Source of the DNA: a virus
Taxonomy: Duplodnaviria > Caudoviricetes
Strand: one strand, 5' to 3'
Length of the DNA stretch: 64,000 bases
IMG/VR virus record: IMGVR_UViG_2636415863_000002
Coordinates: 1-64,000 of that record
The notes beneath the pieces were generated by a model. The model was not told where the DNA came from. It saw only the letters and a program-made list of their open reading frames with translations, and did no database searches. A program made the position numbers and the translations under genes. Shown here piece by piece: positions 53,163 through 62,848 of the stretch (the first letter of the stretch is position 1; every line of letters starts with the position of its first letter).

Positions 53163-53229
53163 CCACTTCCGCTGGGTAGCTGAAGGTGTCGCCTCACGCG
53201 GGGCGGCACCTTTCTGCTTGGAGGTGGCC

Positions 53230-53370
53230 ATGGAGCGCAAGATCGAGTTAGGTACGGCGTCATGCCCGTCGTGTCAGCAGACGGTGGGGAGTGAGCCGGG
53301 GCAGCCTGTGACGCCGCACCAGAAGGCTGACGACAGCCGCGAGCAGTGCCCTGGCGGCATCGGGCAGTAG
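53230..53370 (+). CDS. Small Zn-binding protein
   Basis: CPSC...H...CPG; GGAGG RBS. Confidence 0.5.
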   Translation: MERKIELGTASCPSCQQTVGSEPGQPVTPHQKADDSREQCPGGIGQ

Positions 53371-53498
53371 GTGGCTTGAGGCCCCGCCTCTTTGGGGGTG
53401 GGGCTTTGCTGTGCGCGCCCCTCGGTGCGCTTCTTGCGCCCCCTGCTGAACGTCTCGTTCCGCTGGGAGCCTGTCCGTCTTCTGACTGAGGGGGATCG

Positions 53499-53846
53499 AT
53501 GGCGCTTGCCTGTCCGCGCTGCAAGGACCACACGCAGGTTTTGCATCGGCCGGAGTATTGGCGCTCGTTGTCGCAGGACGCAGAGGCGAAGAAGTTGCAC
53601 GCGCCGCCCCCGGAGTACGCGGTGCAGTGGCTGCTGCCGGCTGGCATAGGTGCTCTAGGCGTGGTCGCCTTCGTCACCGGAGCGATAGCCGCTGGCATCG
53701 TCCTCCTGATCGGCGCGGCCGGGATCGGCTACTGGCTATCGCGGCGGGCCCAGGCGGCGGAGGATGCGCGGGCCCGGTGGGAGCGGTCGTTGATCTGTAA
53801 GCAGTGCACGGCCGTGTTCCCGCGGGAGGATGCTGTCGCGGTGTGA
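53499..53846 (+). CDS. Two-TM membrane protein with CxxC pairs
   Basis: CPRC and CKQC flanking two TM helices. Confidence 0.65.
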   Translation: MALACPRCKDHTQVLHRPEYWRSLSQDAEAKKLHAPPPEYAVQWLLPAGIGALGVVAFVTGAIAAGIVLLIGAAGIGYWLSRRAQAAEDARARWERSLICKQCTAVFPREDAVAV

Positions 53847-54025
53847 GGGTCGCGCTGTAGTTGCACCAGGTCGTCGGGAATTCGGTGCCACTCCGCGGGA
53901 TCTGCTCCGCTGGTCGAACAGGGATGCGGGGCGGCGCGGGCACGGGCGGGTGAACGGGCGAGGAACCGGGCGCGCCGCTACAAGCCGGCCGCTAGCCTCG
54001 CCGTCCCCTGACCTGAGGAGAGCTC

Positions 54026-54280
54026 GTGACGTCCATCCGCACTTTCAGCGGCCCGATCTTCCTGTGCAAGACGTGCGGCCAGCCGTGCTTCGAAGGCAAG
54101 GAGGCGGGGCTGGAGCACTTTATGGAGCAGTGGGACGGGATCTTCTGCCCGATGTTCCCGCTGGCCGGCGAGCGTCTCGAGGTGGGGTGGGACGCGATGT
54201 CGCTGGATGACTTGAAGGAGAGCTACCCGGACACGTACCCGTATGAGCTGGCTGCGGGACCGGATGCGGTGGCCGGGTAG
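54026..54280 (+). CDS. Small Cys-containing hypothetical protein
   Basis: CKTCGQPC; GAGGAG RBS. Confidence 0.6.
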   Translation: MTSIRTFSGPIFLCKTCGQPCFEGKEAGLEHFMEQWDGIFCPMFPLAGERLEVGWDAMSLDDLKESYPDTYPYELAAGPDAVAG

Positions 54281-54489
54281 TCGTTGCGCTGTTGGGGTGG
54301 TCTTGCCGGGCCTGGAGGCCGCCCGCCTGGGGCGTCTGGACGGCTCGTGCGGGCAACCTTCCGAGGCCCGGCGGCGGTCGATAGGGTGGGTTGCCTGGGG
54401 GGTTCTTCTCTGCCGCGGTGGATCTGTCGAGGGGCCGCTGGTGTCGTCTCGTCTACGGTGGCGGAGGGGGACGAAAGGGGATCGCGATC

Positions 54490-54945
54490 ATGCCGAGCGT
54501 GGAGGACGTCGCCGCGTACATCCTGGCGAAGGACGGCCCGATGTCGGCGATGAAGCTGCAGAAGCTCTGCTACTTCGCCTACGGCTACCACCTCGCGTGG
54601 GAGGACCGGCAGCTGTTCCCTGAGCGGTTCGAAGCCTGGGCGAACGGGCCTGTCTCCTACGAGCTGTACGACCAGCACCGCGGCCGATACCAGCTCAATG
54701 CAGGCGACGTGAACGGCGACCCTTCGCTGCTGGATGACGGCGAGCGGGAGTCCGTGACCATCGTCCTCGACTCGATGGGCGTCTACTCCGCGCACGAGCT
54801 GTCGGCGATGACGCATCGCGCCGGCCCGTGGGTGCAGGCCCGGGAGCGTGCCGGCGCAGCCGATCTGCAGCGAAGCAACGAGGAGCTGAGGGATGCGGAC
54901 ATCGCCGACTTCTTCGGCGCGCTGGTGAGCCAGGACGACGAGTAG
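54490..54945 (+). CDS. Panacea-domain (DUF4065/SocA-like) antitoxin
   Basis: VAAYIL...MKLQKLCYFAYG...FEAWANGPV...LSAMTH...PW. Confidence 0.9.
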   Translation: MPSVEDVAAYILAKDGPMSAMKLQKLCYFAYGYHLAWEDRQLFPERFEAWANGPVSYELYDQHRGRYQLNAGDVNGDPSLLDDGERESVTIVLDSMGVYSAHELSAMTHRAGPWVQARERAGAADLQRSNEELRDADIADFFGALVSQDDE

Positions 54946-54963
54946 CCGCGGGCGGGGGCAGAG

Positions 54964-55419
54964 GTGGGGAAGAAGAAGCTGTCTGTCCCGCAGTCGAAGA
55001 CTGCCGAGGGGAAGCGGACAGGTAACCCGGGTGTTCTCCTGCCGGGCGCCGACACGTCGCATGAGCGGGTCTCGTGGCGCTTCTCGCAGGTGGATCACGA
55101 TGGGCCATGGGGCTTCGGTGAGATGGTGCCGGGCATGCTCTGCGAGGTCTTGCGGAAGCTGTCGCATTGCGAGTCGATGACCGTCAACGAGCTTCGGGGT
55201 AGTTGGCGACTGTTCAAGGAGTACGACCTTCCTGGCGGCCTGTGCCGGGACGCTTTAGACCGGCTCGAGGCTTTGCGCCGGGATGACATGACGAAGATCC
55301 AGCGTCTTGAGTTCACGGGCACGCAGCGCCTGTACGGCTTCCTCGAGGGCAATATCTTTCACGTCGTGTGGTGGGACCCGAACCACCAGGTGTATCCGTC
55401 GAAGCTGAAGCACACGTGA
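54964..55419 (+). CDS. Putative cognate toxin (RelE-like fold suspected)
   Basis: Directly after Panacea gene; RLYGFLEGNIFHVVWWDPNH motif. Confidence 0.65.
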   Translation: MGKKKLSVPQSKTAEGKRTGNPGVLLPGADTSHERVSWRFSQVDHDGPWGFGEMVPGMLCEVLRKLSHCESMTVNELRGSWRLFKEYDLPGGLCRDALDRLEALRRDDMTKIQRLEFTGTQRLYGFLEGNIFHVVWWDPNHQVYPSKLKHT

Positions 55420-55506
55420 CGCTGCCCCGCCCGATCACGCTGGGCGGGGGCAGGTCAGGCGTCGTGACGGATCACGGGCACGCCGACCGCGGGGTAGCGT
55501 TCGGGT

Positions 55507-56496
55507 GTGGAGTGGGAGATGTGGGAGATACGGCACCAGACGAGGTACGGCTGCGGATCGTGGCACCGCGCGGTCCAGCAGGCTGGCACGCTCCTCGACT
55601 GGGAGATGGAGCACCGCGGCATCGACGCGGAGGAGCGCCTCCGTTTGGTCTACGCCCGGCCGGCGCTGGAGCGGGAGTGGGCCGACCAGAAACGTCTCGC
55701 CGCTCTGGTCTTGTGGCGGGCGGCCTACGACGCCGACGTTCTGGTGGACGACGTGGTGCTCGGTACCATCCGGCGCTACTACGGCCGCATCCTCGGCGCC
55801 CAAGCCCTGCGCGACGGCCCGGTCCCAGACGCCGCGCGCGAGATCATCGACGGAGACGGCCCGTCGCCCGAGCTGCTCCACCAGGTGGCAATCATCCTGG
55901 ACAAGCACGCCCTCGTCGATGAGGCGACGCCACATCGGATCGGGCCACTCACCACCGTCGGGTACCGGGCCCGGGACCTGCGGTCCACGCCCGGTTGGGC
56001 TGAGGGCGACTGGACAGCAGACCTGAGGATCGCGCGAAAGTATCTGGATCACGCCTGGCAGAAGCGCGAGGACGGAAGCTGGAGAGTAACCGCGGCGGAT
56101 CTTCAAGCCGCGGCCCGAGCGGTGCCCGTCGAGCCGACCTACGACTATCCCGCCGCGCCCGTCGGTCCGGACGGGTACCGGCTGTGGCTGCAAGAGGCGC
56201 ACTACCTGCTCTCCGTCGGGACCGCCCTGGCCGCAGTGGCCGGCACGCTGCCGCGCACAAGCGACGGCTACATAGGCCCCCTGGCCATGGTTCTCTCCGG
56301 CCACGCCGGCGCCTGTCTCCAGTTGCACGACAGCGTCGTCGACGTTGAGCACCTTTGGTCGGCCGAGCCGGTTCAGCCAGTCGACCTGAGCTATTGGGAC
56401 CTGTCGCATGTCCCCGCCTCGCTCCTTAGGCGGACAGATGAGATCAAGGTGCTCATCCAGGACCTTCGCGTCTGGCTCACCGTCCTCGCCTCGTAG
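55507..56496 (+). CDS. Hypothetical protein
   Basis: 329-aa ORF with typical codon usage; start uncertain. Confidence 0.65.
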   Translation: MEWEMWEIRHQTRYGCGSWHRAVQQAGTLLDWEMEHRGIDAEERLRLVYARPALEREWADQKRLAALVLWRAAYDADVLVDDVVLGTIRRYYGRILGAQALRDGPVPDAAREIIDGDGPSPELLHQVAIILDKHALVDEATPHRIGPLTTVGYRARDLRSTPGWAEGDWTADLRIARKYLDHAWQKREDGSWRVTAADLQAAARAVPVEPTYDYPAAPVGPDGYRLWLQEAHYLLSVGTALAAVAGTLPRTSDGYIGPLAMVLSGHAGACLQLHDSVVDVEHLWSAEPVQPVDLSYWDLSHVPASLLRRTDEIKVLIQDLRVWLTVLAS

Positions 56497-56591
56497 GCCA
56501 CGGCCCGCGACTACTGGCAGGGCGTGGGGCGCGCGTGCAACCGCTCTTCCCGCACGGCCGTCACGGGAAGGATCGTGACGGCGATTGCCTG

Positions 56592-56894
56592 TCAGGGAGA
56601 TCCGGTCACCACCAGCGACCCGTCCGTCACTCTCCGGGTCTCCCTGACCCTCAGTTGCGGAGACGAGTAGAGCAGCGCGCCACCTCGGTACAGCTCGTAC
56701 TGGTACCACTCGGCCCGCTCCAGGGAGCGGCGCTGCTGCGGGTCGGCGTCCGGCAGCGTGAGCTCAACAACCCCGGCACCGGCGCGCATGATGCCCTGGG
56801 ACGTGATGCTCCCGGTGATGGTCATCGAGGCGGAGCCGGTGGTGAGCAGGACGGCGTCACCGTGTATCGGGCGAGGGCCGGGGTACCCGGTCAC
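56592..56894 (-). CDS. Hypothetical protein
   Basis: 100-aa beta-rich ORF. Confidence 0.5.
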   Translation of the reverse strand: MTGYPGPRPIHGDAVLLTTGSASMTITGSITSQGIMRAGAGVVELTLPDADPQQRRSLERAEWYQYELYRGGALLYSSPQLRVRETRRVTDGSLVVTGSP

Positions 56895-57122
56895 GCTGTC
56901 ACCCCCGCAATGTCGCCCGTGGGCCTGGCGATTCGCATCTCATATTGCGCCGTGTCCATCTGCGCTCCTCCTGCCGACTGCATGCCGTGCTCATCCTCGC
57001 GGTGCCGCACAGGTCTGCGCCAGCATCCGGCCAGACAGTGGGCGAAGTGCGGCGGCGCTGGACGCCCAGATAACGTGGCTGTCGCCCGGCGGGTGCTGGT
57101 GCTGACGATGGAGGAGACGGGC

Positions 57123-57584
57123 ATGAGATGGGAGCAGGCATACGCGCGGGCGGGAGAGCTGGCCGCACTGGACCAGCCGGTCGTCGACGACAGCTGGGAC
57201 TGCACCGGTGTGCGCGGCATCCTGGCCATCGCGCTGACCAGCCTCAGCGAAAGCGCCAAGGACCCGGTGCAGACCGGAGATCTGCTGTCGCACCTCGAAG
57301 CGGGCCCGGCCGCCGTGCGGAGGCTGGCCGCCGTCCTGCTCGGCGATGACCTGGCGCACGCGACGGACATCGACCCGGCGACCGTGGACATGAATGATCC
57401 CGTGGTGGGGGCGTGGGTGTGGCTGACGCGCTCCTGGCCGGCCGACGGCCCGTGGGATGGTATGAGCCGCGGCGTCGCCCGTGGCCTGACAGCCCCTGCC
57501 CTCGACATCTTGACCGGCTGGGCGGCAAGGGCCGCGTTGACGGGGCTGCACGCCGAACGCGGCGTGGAGTCGAACAGCTTCTGA
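57123..57584 (+). CDS. Hypothetical protein
   Basis: GGAGGA RBS before ATG 57123; C-terminal half of ORF 56535-57584. Confidence 0.55.
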   Translation: MRWEQAYARAGELAALDQPVVDDSWDCTGVRGILAIALTSLSESAKDPVQTGDLLSHLEAGPAAVRRLAAVLLGDDLAHATDIDPATVDMNDPVVGAWVWLTRSWPADGPWDGMSRGVARGLTAPALDILTGWAARAALTGLHAERGVESNSF

Positions 57585-57641
57585 GGCCCGGCGGGGATAC
57601 CGTCATCTGCCCAGCGCTGCGCCTGTTGTTAGTGTCGTCGC

Positions 57642-58079
57642 GTGACCACGCCAGCGGAGCGCCTCGCACAAACCCTCGAGACCGTGCTCGAGGACCTGTC
57701 CGCCGAGCCGACGCCCCCAGCCCCGGTGTCGACACCAGCAGGACTCAATCCCGCAACCGTTTACCAGATGCGGATCCGCACACTCACGGTCCGGCGTCCC
57801 GTCCAGATGCGGGCCGAGGGCGATGACTTCCCGGGCCTGGACAGCGAACCGCTCTACGTCACCGAGTGGATCGAAAGGCGGATGACCTGCCGTAACTGCC
57901 GGAGCGGCACCGATCTTTCTCTCCGGGGCAAGTGGGGCGACCTCGCCACCGTCGTCTGCATGGCGTGCGACCACACGTGGCCCGCCCCGCTGCCTCCGGC
58001 GGCAAGCGTCCATGCCCTTCAGGCCGCCATCGCCCAGAGCGCCGAGAAGAGCGGCGGGCTGCCGACCGAGCCGGCGTAA
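57642..58079 (+). CDS. Zn-ribbon hypothetical protein
   Basis: CRNC and CMACDH. Confidence 0.6.
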   Translation: MTTPAERLAQTLETVLEDLSAEPTPPAPVSTPAGLNPATVYQMRIRTLTVRRPVQMRAEGDDFPGLDSEPLYVTEWIERRMTCRNCRSGTDLSLRGKWGDLATVVCMACDHTWPAPLPPAASVHALQAAIAQSAEKSGGLPTEPA

Positions 58080-58080
58080 G

Positions 58081-58160
58081 CAACGACCGGGTCGTCATCG
58101 TCTGGGACCAGATGTCGCTCGAGAACGTGAAGACCAAGTACCCGGACCACTACCCGCGGT
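58081..58160 (+). pseudogene. Remnant paralogous to the 3' end of 54026-54280
   Basis: WDQMSLENVKTKYPDHYP vs WDAMSLDDLKESYPDTYP. Confidence 0.6.
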
Positions 58161-58266
58161 GCGCGGCGGCGTCGACGGCCTTCGGTTCGTAGGACGACCA
58201 GCGAGTCGCGGGGCTGGTCGTCTCCAGATCGAAGCCGACCAGCCGGCCCAGATGCCATTCGCTCAC
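58150..58266 (-). pseudogene. Truncated DEDDh 3'-5' exonuclease N-terminus
   Basis: VSEWHLGRLVGFDLETT (ExoI motif) then loses similarity and stops. Confidence 0.6.
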
Positions 58267-58407
58267 AACTTGCCCTGTCCGTCGAGTGCGTTCACCGTGG
58301 CGCAGGGCCACCCTGTGTCGCCGTGGTTTGCTACAGAGATCGCAGTAGGCAGTTCCGTCAGCGCCGAGGCGTCGAGCGTGCAGTACACGCACACGTCGAA
58401 CCGCAGC

Positions 58408-58584
58408 CTAGGCCTCATCCCGAGCTTTGCCGATCGGGCCCGCCAGGTGCATCACGGCTTGCACGAGGTGCCGGGGAACTCGGCGAAAGTTGATCGACCG
58501 GTTGCCGTTGTCGCGCTCTGCCTCGGCGATCAGCTCTGCGATGACGGTCGGGAATTCGCTCGTGTCAATGCGGCGCGCCATCAT
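58408..58584 (-). CDS. Small hypothetical protein
   Basis: AGGAGG RBS; ATGA overlap. Confidence 0.5.
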   Translation of the reverse strand: MMARRIDTSEFPTVIAELIAEAERDNGNRSINFRRVPRHLVQAVMHLAGPIGKARDEA

Positions 58585-58862
58585 GCCTCCTGGGCGGGAT
58601 CTACGTGGTGGCAGGTGCAGGTGCACTCTTCCCCGGTGAACTTGTTGTTGAGCCGGCACCGCTGGTGTAGTTGCCGCGCCCAGCCCGTGGCGTCCGGGAC
58701 GTCGGCCGCGTCGACGCGGAGTGCAGTGTCGCAGCCGGTGGACAGGTACGGCGGGGTGTCGATGGCGGCCAGGATCTCCGGAGGCAAGAGTTCACTGGTC
58801 GAGCCGGGTGGGTTGACGTAGCCGGGCGTCAGGTTCGGGCCGACTGTGCGGTCTTCGGTCAC
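58581..58862 (-). CDS. Small Cys/His-rich phage protein
   Basis: YLSTGC...H.RCR...CTCTCH. Confidence 0.6.
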   Translation of the reverse strand: MTEDRTVGPNLTPGYVNPPGSTSELLPPEILAAIDTPPYLSTGCDTALRVDAADVPDATGWARQLHQRCRLNNKFTGEECTCTCHHVDPAQEA

Positions 58863-59359
58863 GGCTGCTCCTGCTCGCTGCTGGGTGTGTTGTATGCCTC
58901 GACAACAACTGTCGTGGTCCGGCGGGCGATGCGGAACTGGTAGCCGGGTCGCCATTTGCGACGTGCCGCGAGTCGCGCTGTGGCGAAGTCCGGATCCGTG
59001 GTCGTACTGCTTGCCTGCTCCCATGTGCCGTCGGGCTGCTGGCCTTGGACGAAGTATTCGACGGTCTCCCGCCGCTCTGCGGTGGTCATCTCGGCAGCGG
59101 TGCTGATCGCCGGGTAGAGGTCGGGGAACGCGAGGCAGGCGTCGATGACGTGGGCGATGGTCTGCCGGTCCTTGGCGATGGGCTCGCCCTGCGGGTGCCG
59201 CATGCCCTGGACGTAGCCCATGACAGCGGCGTCATGGACCAACGCCTTCTCCCAGTCGGTGAAGGAGGCGAGGACGACATTCACGGCGTCGGTGCGGTGG
59301 ACAGCCCGCTGCTCCAGGTAGTCGGCCAGGAAGCTGGGCAAGGCGGCATTGTCGGTCAC
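58859..59359 (-). CDS. Hypothetical phage protein
   Basis: GAGGAG RBS; LVHDAAVMGYVQG...FPDLYP. Confidence 0.6.
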   Translation of the reverse strand: MTDNAALPSFLADYLEQRAVHRTDAVNVVLASFTDWEKALVHDAAVMGYVQGMRHPQGEPIAKDRQTIAHVIDACLAFPDLYPAISTAAEMTTAERRETVEYFVQGQQPDGTWEQASSTTTDPDFATARLAARRKWRPGYQFRIARRTTTVVVEAYNTPSSEQEQP

Positions 59360-59440
59360 GGCTGCTCCTCGGAGATGGCGAGGTCGGTAGGGCGATACGC
59401 ATTGGGTGTTGGGCACGCCGCGAGGTGCGGCGGGCTGGGG

Positions 59441-59734
59441 TTAGTTGAAGGTGACGGTCATGGCGTCAGGCGAGTGCACCGTCGGGTCGGTGCCGTTGTC
59501 GCGGTCGAGGATGCACCGCTCACCGCGCTGCCCTTCGGGCGCCATGTACAAGTGCCGGCCGCAGAAGTAGCCACCGCAGCCGTAGTCGTCGCCGCCAGGG
59601 GTCTCCCCGCACAGGTGCGCGAGGCCGCGGTCGATGCGCTCGGTGCAGCCGGGCTGCTCGCAGGTGGTCGGGACGTCGTAACCGGCCTCGATCGTTTGGC
59701 CACGGCGGAAGATCTCGTATCGGGCGTATCCCAT
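59441..59734 (-). CDS. Cys-rich hypothetical phage protein
   Basis: CEQPGC...IDRGL..LCG...GCGGYFCGRHL. Confidence 0.7.
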   Translation of the reverse strand: MGYARYEIFRRGQTIEAGYDVPTTCEQPGCTERIDRGLAHLCGETPGGDDYGCGGYFCGRHLYMAPEGQRGERCILDRDNGTDPTVHSPDAMTVTFN

Positions 59735-59780
59735 GAGGTTCTCCTACGGTTGGTCGTTGTGTCGGACGACGCGGTCCGGG

Positions 59781-60215
59781 TTAGGTGGTGGACTGCTGGT
59801 GGGCGTGGGGGCGGGGAGACGGGCTGTCGGGGTCGACGTCGAGGTGGGTGAATCGGACGGGCTTGCCGAGGCTGCGGGCGTACCGGACCTCTGCGCGAGT
59901 GGAGTCGCCGATGTAATCCCCGACGACGAGCACCTCGTCCGCGAGCCGGATCTTCGCCCGGTGCAAGTCGTCGAGGCGGACCTTGAGCGCCTCGGCCTCG
60001 GCGGGGTCGTCCCAACGCGGGTGCGCTTCCTTCATGTTGCAGCCGGGCGCGACAACGATGTTGCCGTCGGCGGTCTCGAGAAGGTTGGCCTCCTGCATCT
60101 CGGCCATGAAGCGGGTAGATCCGCAGATGACCACGATGCGCGGCAGGTTGAGGCGCTGCTTGGCGTCGGCGAGCTTCTCTTCGGCGGTGAGCAGTTGCGG
60201 GTAGGACATGGTCAC
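59781..60215 (-). CDS. Nucleoside-deoxyribosyltransferase-like fold protein
   Basis: ICGSTRF...KIRLADEVLVV..YIGDSTRAEVRYA...GKPV. Confidence 0.6.
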   Translation of the reverse strand: MTMSYPQLLTAEEKLADAKQRLNLPRIVVICGSTRFMAEMQEANLLETADGNIVVAPGCNMKEAHPRWDDPAEAEALKVRLDDLHRAKIRLADEVLVVGDYIGDSTRAEVRYARSLGKPVRFTHLDVDPDSPSPRPHAHQQSTT

Positions 60216-60478
60216 TTCTCCTTCTCGGGTGTCCAGTACGGGGCGTCGGGACCGTGGGCGGCGATACGGGCGTGGACGTTGCGGAGGGTGGAGACGACCA
60301 GATCAGGGCGTTCCCCGTCCGGGAAGGTAGGGCGGTCGGCGCGGTGGATTTCGTCGGCAACACGCTTGCGTTCATCAGCACGGGCCTCGGCTTCGACGGC
60401 GTCGAGTAGTTCATCGAGGGGGCCGTCGTCGAGGTGTGCGCTGGCGGCGTAGTTGTAGAGGTCGTCGCGGGCGGTCAT
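60212..60478 (-). CDS. Hypothetical phage protein
   Basis: GAGGAG RBS; MTARDDL start. Confidence 0.55.
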   Translation of the reverse strand: MTARDDLYNYAASAHLDDGPLDELLDAVEAEARADERKRVADEIHRADRPTFPDGERPDLVVSTLRNVHARIAAHGPDAPYWTPEKEK

Positions 60479-60533
60479 GGGCTCCTCAAGGGTTCGGGCC
60501 CGCCGCGAGGTGCGGCGGGCAGGGGCGGGGTTT

Positions 60534-60863
60534 TCAGGCGCCAGGTTCGGGCTGGCAGTTGGCGTTGTCGCCGCGGGCGTAGCTTCGGGCGGCCATGCTG
60601 CAGAGGGCTTCGCGACCGGTGCGCATGAGGTCATCCCAGGCAAGGAGCGGGGGCGTCGGCACATCGGCCATCCCCTGCGCGATCGCAGCCTTGAACGCGG
60701 AGGCGATAGGTGAGGAGAGACGGAACACGCCCTGCTCGTAACCGCGTTCAAGGGTCCAGGTGGTCAGGGTCAGGTCGAATCCAGCGTCGCCAACCGGGGT
60801 CAGGCTGAACGCGGTCACCGGCTCTGGCTGCTGCGCGGCAAGGGCGGTCTCTGGGGTGGTCAT
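60534..60863 (-). CDS. Hypothetical protein
   Basis: 109 aa, ATGA overlap. Confidence 0.55.
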   Translation of the reverse strand: MTTPETALAAQQPEPVTAFSLTPVGDAGFDLTLTTWTLERGYEQGVFRLSSPIASAFKAAIAQGMADVPTPPLLAWDDLMRTGREALCSMAARSYARGDNANCQPEPGA

Positions 60864-61222
60864 GCTGCTGCTCCTCGGATGTGTGCGGTGAAGGTGGCGC
60901 CGGCGGCTTCCTGGAGTTCGCTGGCGAGGATGATGGCGGTGTCCGGCCGCAGGGTGACTTCGGCTGCGTCGAGGCCGACGACCGTCTCCAGGTCGTCGCG
61001 GGCCGCGTCGATCGCGGCGGGATGCCAGCCCGTGTCGTCGTCGGGGTCCGTGGTGCGCTGCACTACCGCGGCGAGCCGGTCCAGGGCATCGATGACGGCG
61101 GTCTGGTCATCGGCCCACGCGCGGGCCAGCTGGTCGAGCGTCTCGGCACGTATCACGTCGACGCGGAGGATCACGCCGAGGCCGAAGCCGTCCAGGCGGG
61201 CGGACAGGTCGGCGGCGGTCAC
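60860..61222 (-). CDS. Hypothetical protein
   Basis: 120 aa, GTGA overlap. Confidence 0.6.
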   Translation of the reverse strand: MTAADLSARLDGFGLGVILRVDVIRAETLDQLARAWADDQTAVIDALDRLAAVVQRTTDPDDDTGWHPAAIDAARDDLETVVGLDAAEVTLRPDTAIILASELQEAAGATFTAHIRGAAA

Positions 61223-61422
61223 AGGGAACCACCCTCACGAAGCCGTTCCGCCACGGTCCGACGCGACGGCTGCGCCCACTCCAGCAGGCTGTGCAACTGG
61301 TCCCCGGACCCACTGACCTGGGTGTGCGGAATGGCGCCGAGGTCGTCGCGGACGCCCCTGGCCTCCTCGGCGGACAGTTCGACGACGACCGTGCCGTCGT
61401 GCTTCATGCTGACGATCTCCAT
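61219..61422 (-). CDS. Small hypothetical protein
   Basis: 67 aa; AAGGAG RBS. Confidence 0.6.
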   Translation of the reverse strand: MEIVSMKHDGTVVVELSAEEARGVRDDLGAIPHTQVSGSGDQLHSLLEWAQPSRRTVAERLREGGSL

Positions 61423-61494
61423 GCGGTGCTCCTTCGATTCGGTGCGGGCGGGAAGGGCCGCCCCACGCTGGGGCTTGGGGCGGCCGCAGGGGCA

Positions 61495-62094
61495 TCAGCG
61501 GATGGGCTCGGTGCGAGCGACGTACAGGGCTTCGCGGTGGGCTTCCATGGCCTCTTCGCGGGTGTCGCTGCGCACCTCATCGGCGTCGATGACGTGCTTG
61601 CCGACGCGCTTCCCGGTGTGCCGCCGGTCGGGATGGTCGTCGAAGATGACGGTGCTGTAGCGGCGGAAGCCGATCTGGACGGTGGAGACCGTCAGGTCCT
61701 TCTCTGCGCCCTTGACCTTGGCCTGACGAACGATCTTCGGGAACACGGTGAACTCCCTACTGGGAATGCGGGCGGACTGCTCGGTGGGGGTGCCCTTCCC
61801 GGCGGCGTCGGCCATGCGGCGCAGTTCCTTACCGACACCAGCGGCGACCGACGCGGCGTACTGCCCGGCCTCGGTGTCGCCGCAGGAACGGGCGGCGCGT
61901 ACCGCCACCTCGGCGGCCTCGCGCAACACCTCGGCGCGCGCTTCAGCGCGAACCTCGTCCAGCAACGCCTGCGCCTCCGCATGCGTGTGCGTGGCGTTCA
62001 GTACGTTCGCGATCCGCTCGGACGCCGGCAGTGCCTTCTCCGCCGCAATCTTCGCTCGGACTCGGGCCTTCGCGGCTTCCCTGCGCTCGTTCAT
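61495..62094 (-). CDS. Hypothetical phage protein
   Basis: RAEVLREAAE motif; AAGGG RBS. Confidence 0.6.
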   Translation of the reverse strand: MNERREAAKARVRAKIAAEKALPASERIANVLNATHTHAEAQALLDEVRAEARAEVLREAAEVAVRAARSCGDTEAGQYAASVAAGVGKELRRMADAAGKGTPTEQSARIPSREFTVFPKIVRQAKVKGAEKDLTVSTVQIGFRRYSTVIFDDHPDRRHTGKRVGKHVIDADEVRSDTREEAMEAHREALYVARTEPIR

Positions 62095-62142
62095 GGAGAA
62101 TCCCTTCGATGCGGGCTGGCTGGACTGGGCGGCGAAGTCGGT

Positions 62143-62460
62143 CTAGCCGACCTCCGCGGGGCGGCAGTTGACGATCCGGTCGATGCGGAAGGTGCGGTCC
62201 TCGCCGCGCATCCGGTCGTGGCCGCGGACGGTGATCGCACCGGTGCTGGTGGCAGCGAGTTCGGCCGGCTCGATGACCCGGGTGGACTCGGTGCCGTCCG
62301 CCTTCCGGTAGCTGATCTCAACCACCTGGTCGAGGTCGATCGCCCGGAACAGGTCGGCCAGCAGACGGAAGATTCGGGAGAGGGCGCCGCGGGCGATGGC
62401 CTCGGTAGCGGCGAGTGCGGCACGGATCGTGCGGCGAATCGTGGTGACAGTGCGGTACAT
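62143..62460 (-). CDS. Stand-alone WYL-domain protein
   Basis: VEISYRKADG...RVIEP...RGEDRTFRIDRI. Confidence 0.85.
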   Translation of the reverse strand: MYRTVTTIRRTIRAALAATEAIARGALSRIFRLLADLFRAIDLDQVVEISYRKADGTESTRVIEPAELAATSTGAITVRGHDRMRGEDRTFRIDRIVNCRPAEVG

Positions 62461-62481
62461 CTTGGACTCCCCCTTGTACCT

Positions 62482-62610
62482 GGTGTAGCTACACCGTACA
62501 GTTGGGTGTAGCTACACCGCAAGCCATTCGCTGAAGAATCTGTAGCTACACCCGACAGGGGATGTGTAGCTCCATAGAGGGGAGACTGCTTTGCAGCCCG
62601 TAGCTACACC
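62482..62610. promoter_or_regulatory. Five GTGTAGCTACAC palindromic operators within divergent promoters
   Basis: Copies at 62482, 62505, 62541, 62564 (degenerate), 62600; TTGCGG-18-TACGGT (minus) and TTGCAG-18-TACGGT (plus). Confidence 0.75.
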
Positions 62611-62626
62611 TGGATACGGTGCGACC

Positions 62627-62848
62627 ATGTCGCCCAACGTGCCCAAGACCCCGCCCCGCCAGATCCGCATCGGGGACGCCTGGTACGACTTCGACGCCGC
62701 TGCCAAGGCCATGAGCACAGAGCGCGCGGCACTCATTCGCGACTTCATCGACTGGTACCTGCGGGAACCCGGCGCCAAGCTGCCCAAACGGCCGGAACGC
62801 GCTGACTGGAAGGCCAACCCCGAAGATGCAGGCGGCGAGGAGGCGTGA
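62627..62848 (+). CDS. Ribbon-helix-helix repressor
   Basis: TPPRQIRI...W...ALIRDFIDWYL; ATG 6 nt after -10 box (leaderless). Confidence 0.75.
   Translation: MSPNVPKTPPRQIRIGDAWYDFDAAAKAMSTERAALIRDFIDWYLREPGAKLPKRPERADWKANPEDAGGEEA

Noticed and set aside
62482-62610. Possible CRISPR array or att core
   Set aside because: Short palindromes with irregular spacing inside promoters fit operators better
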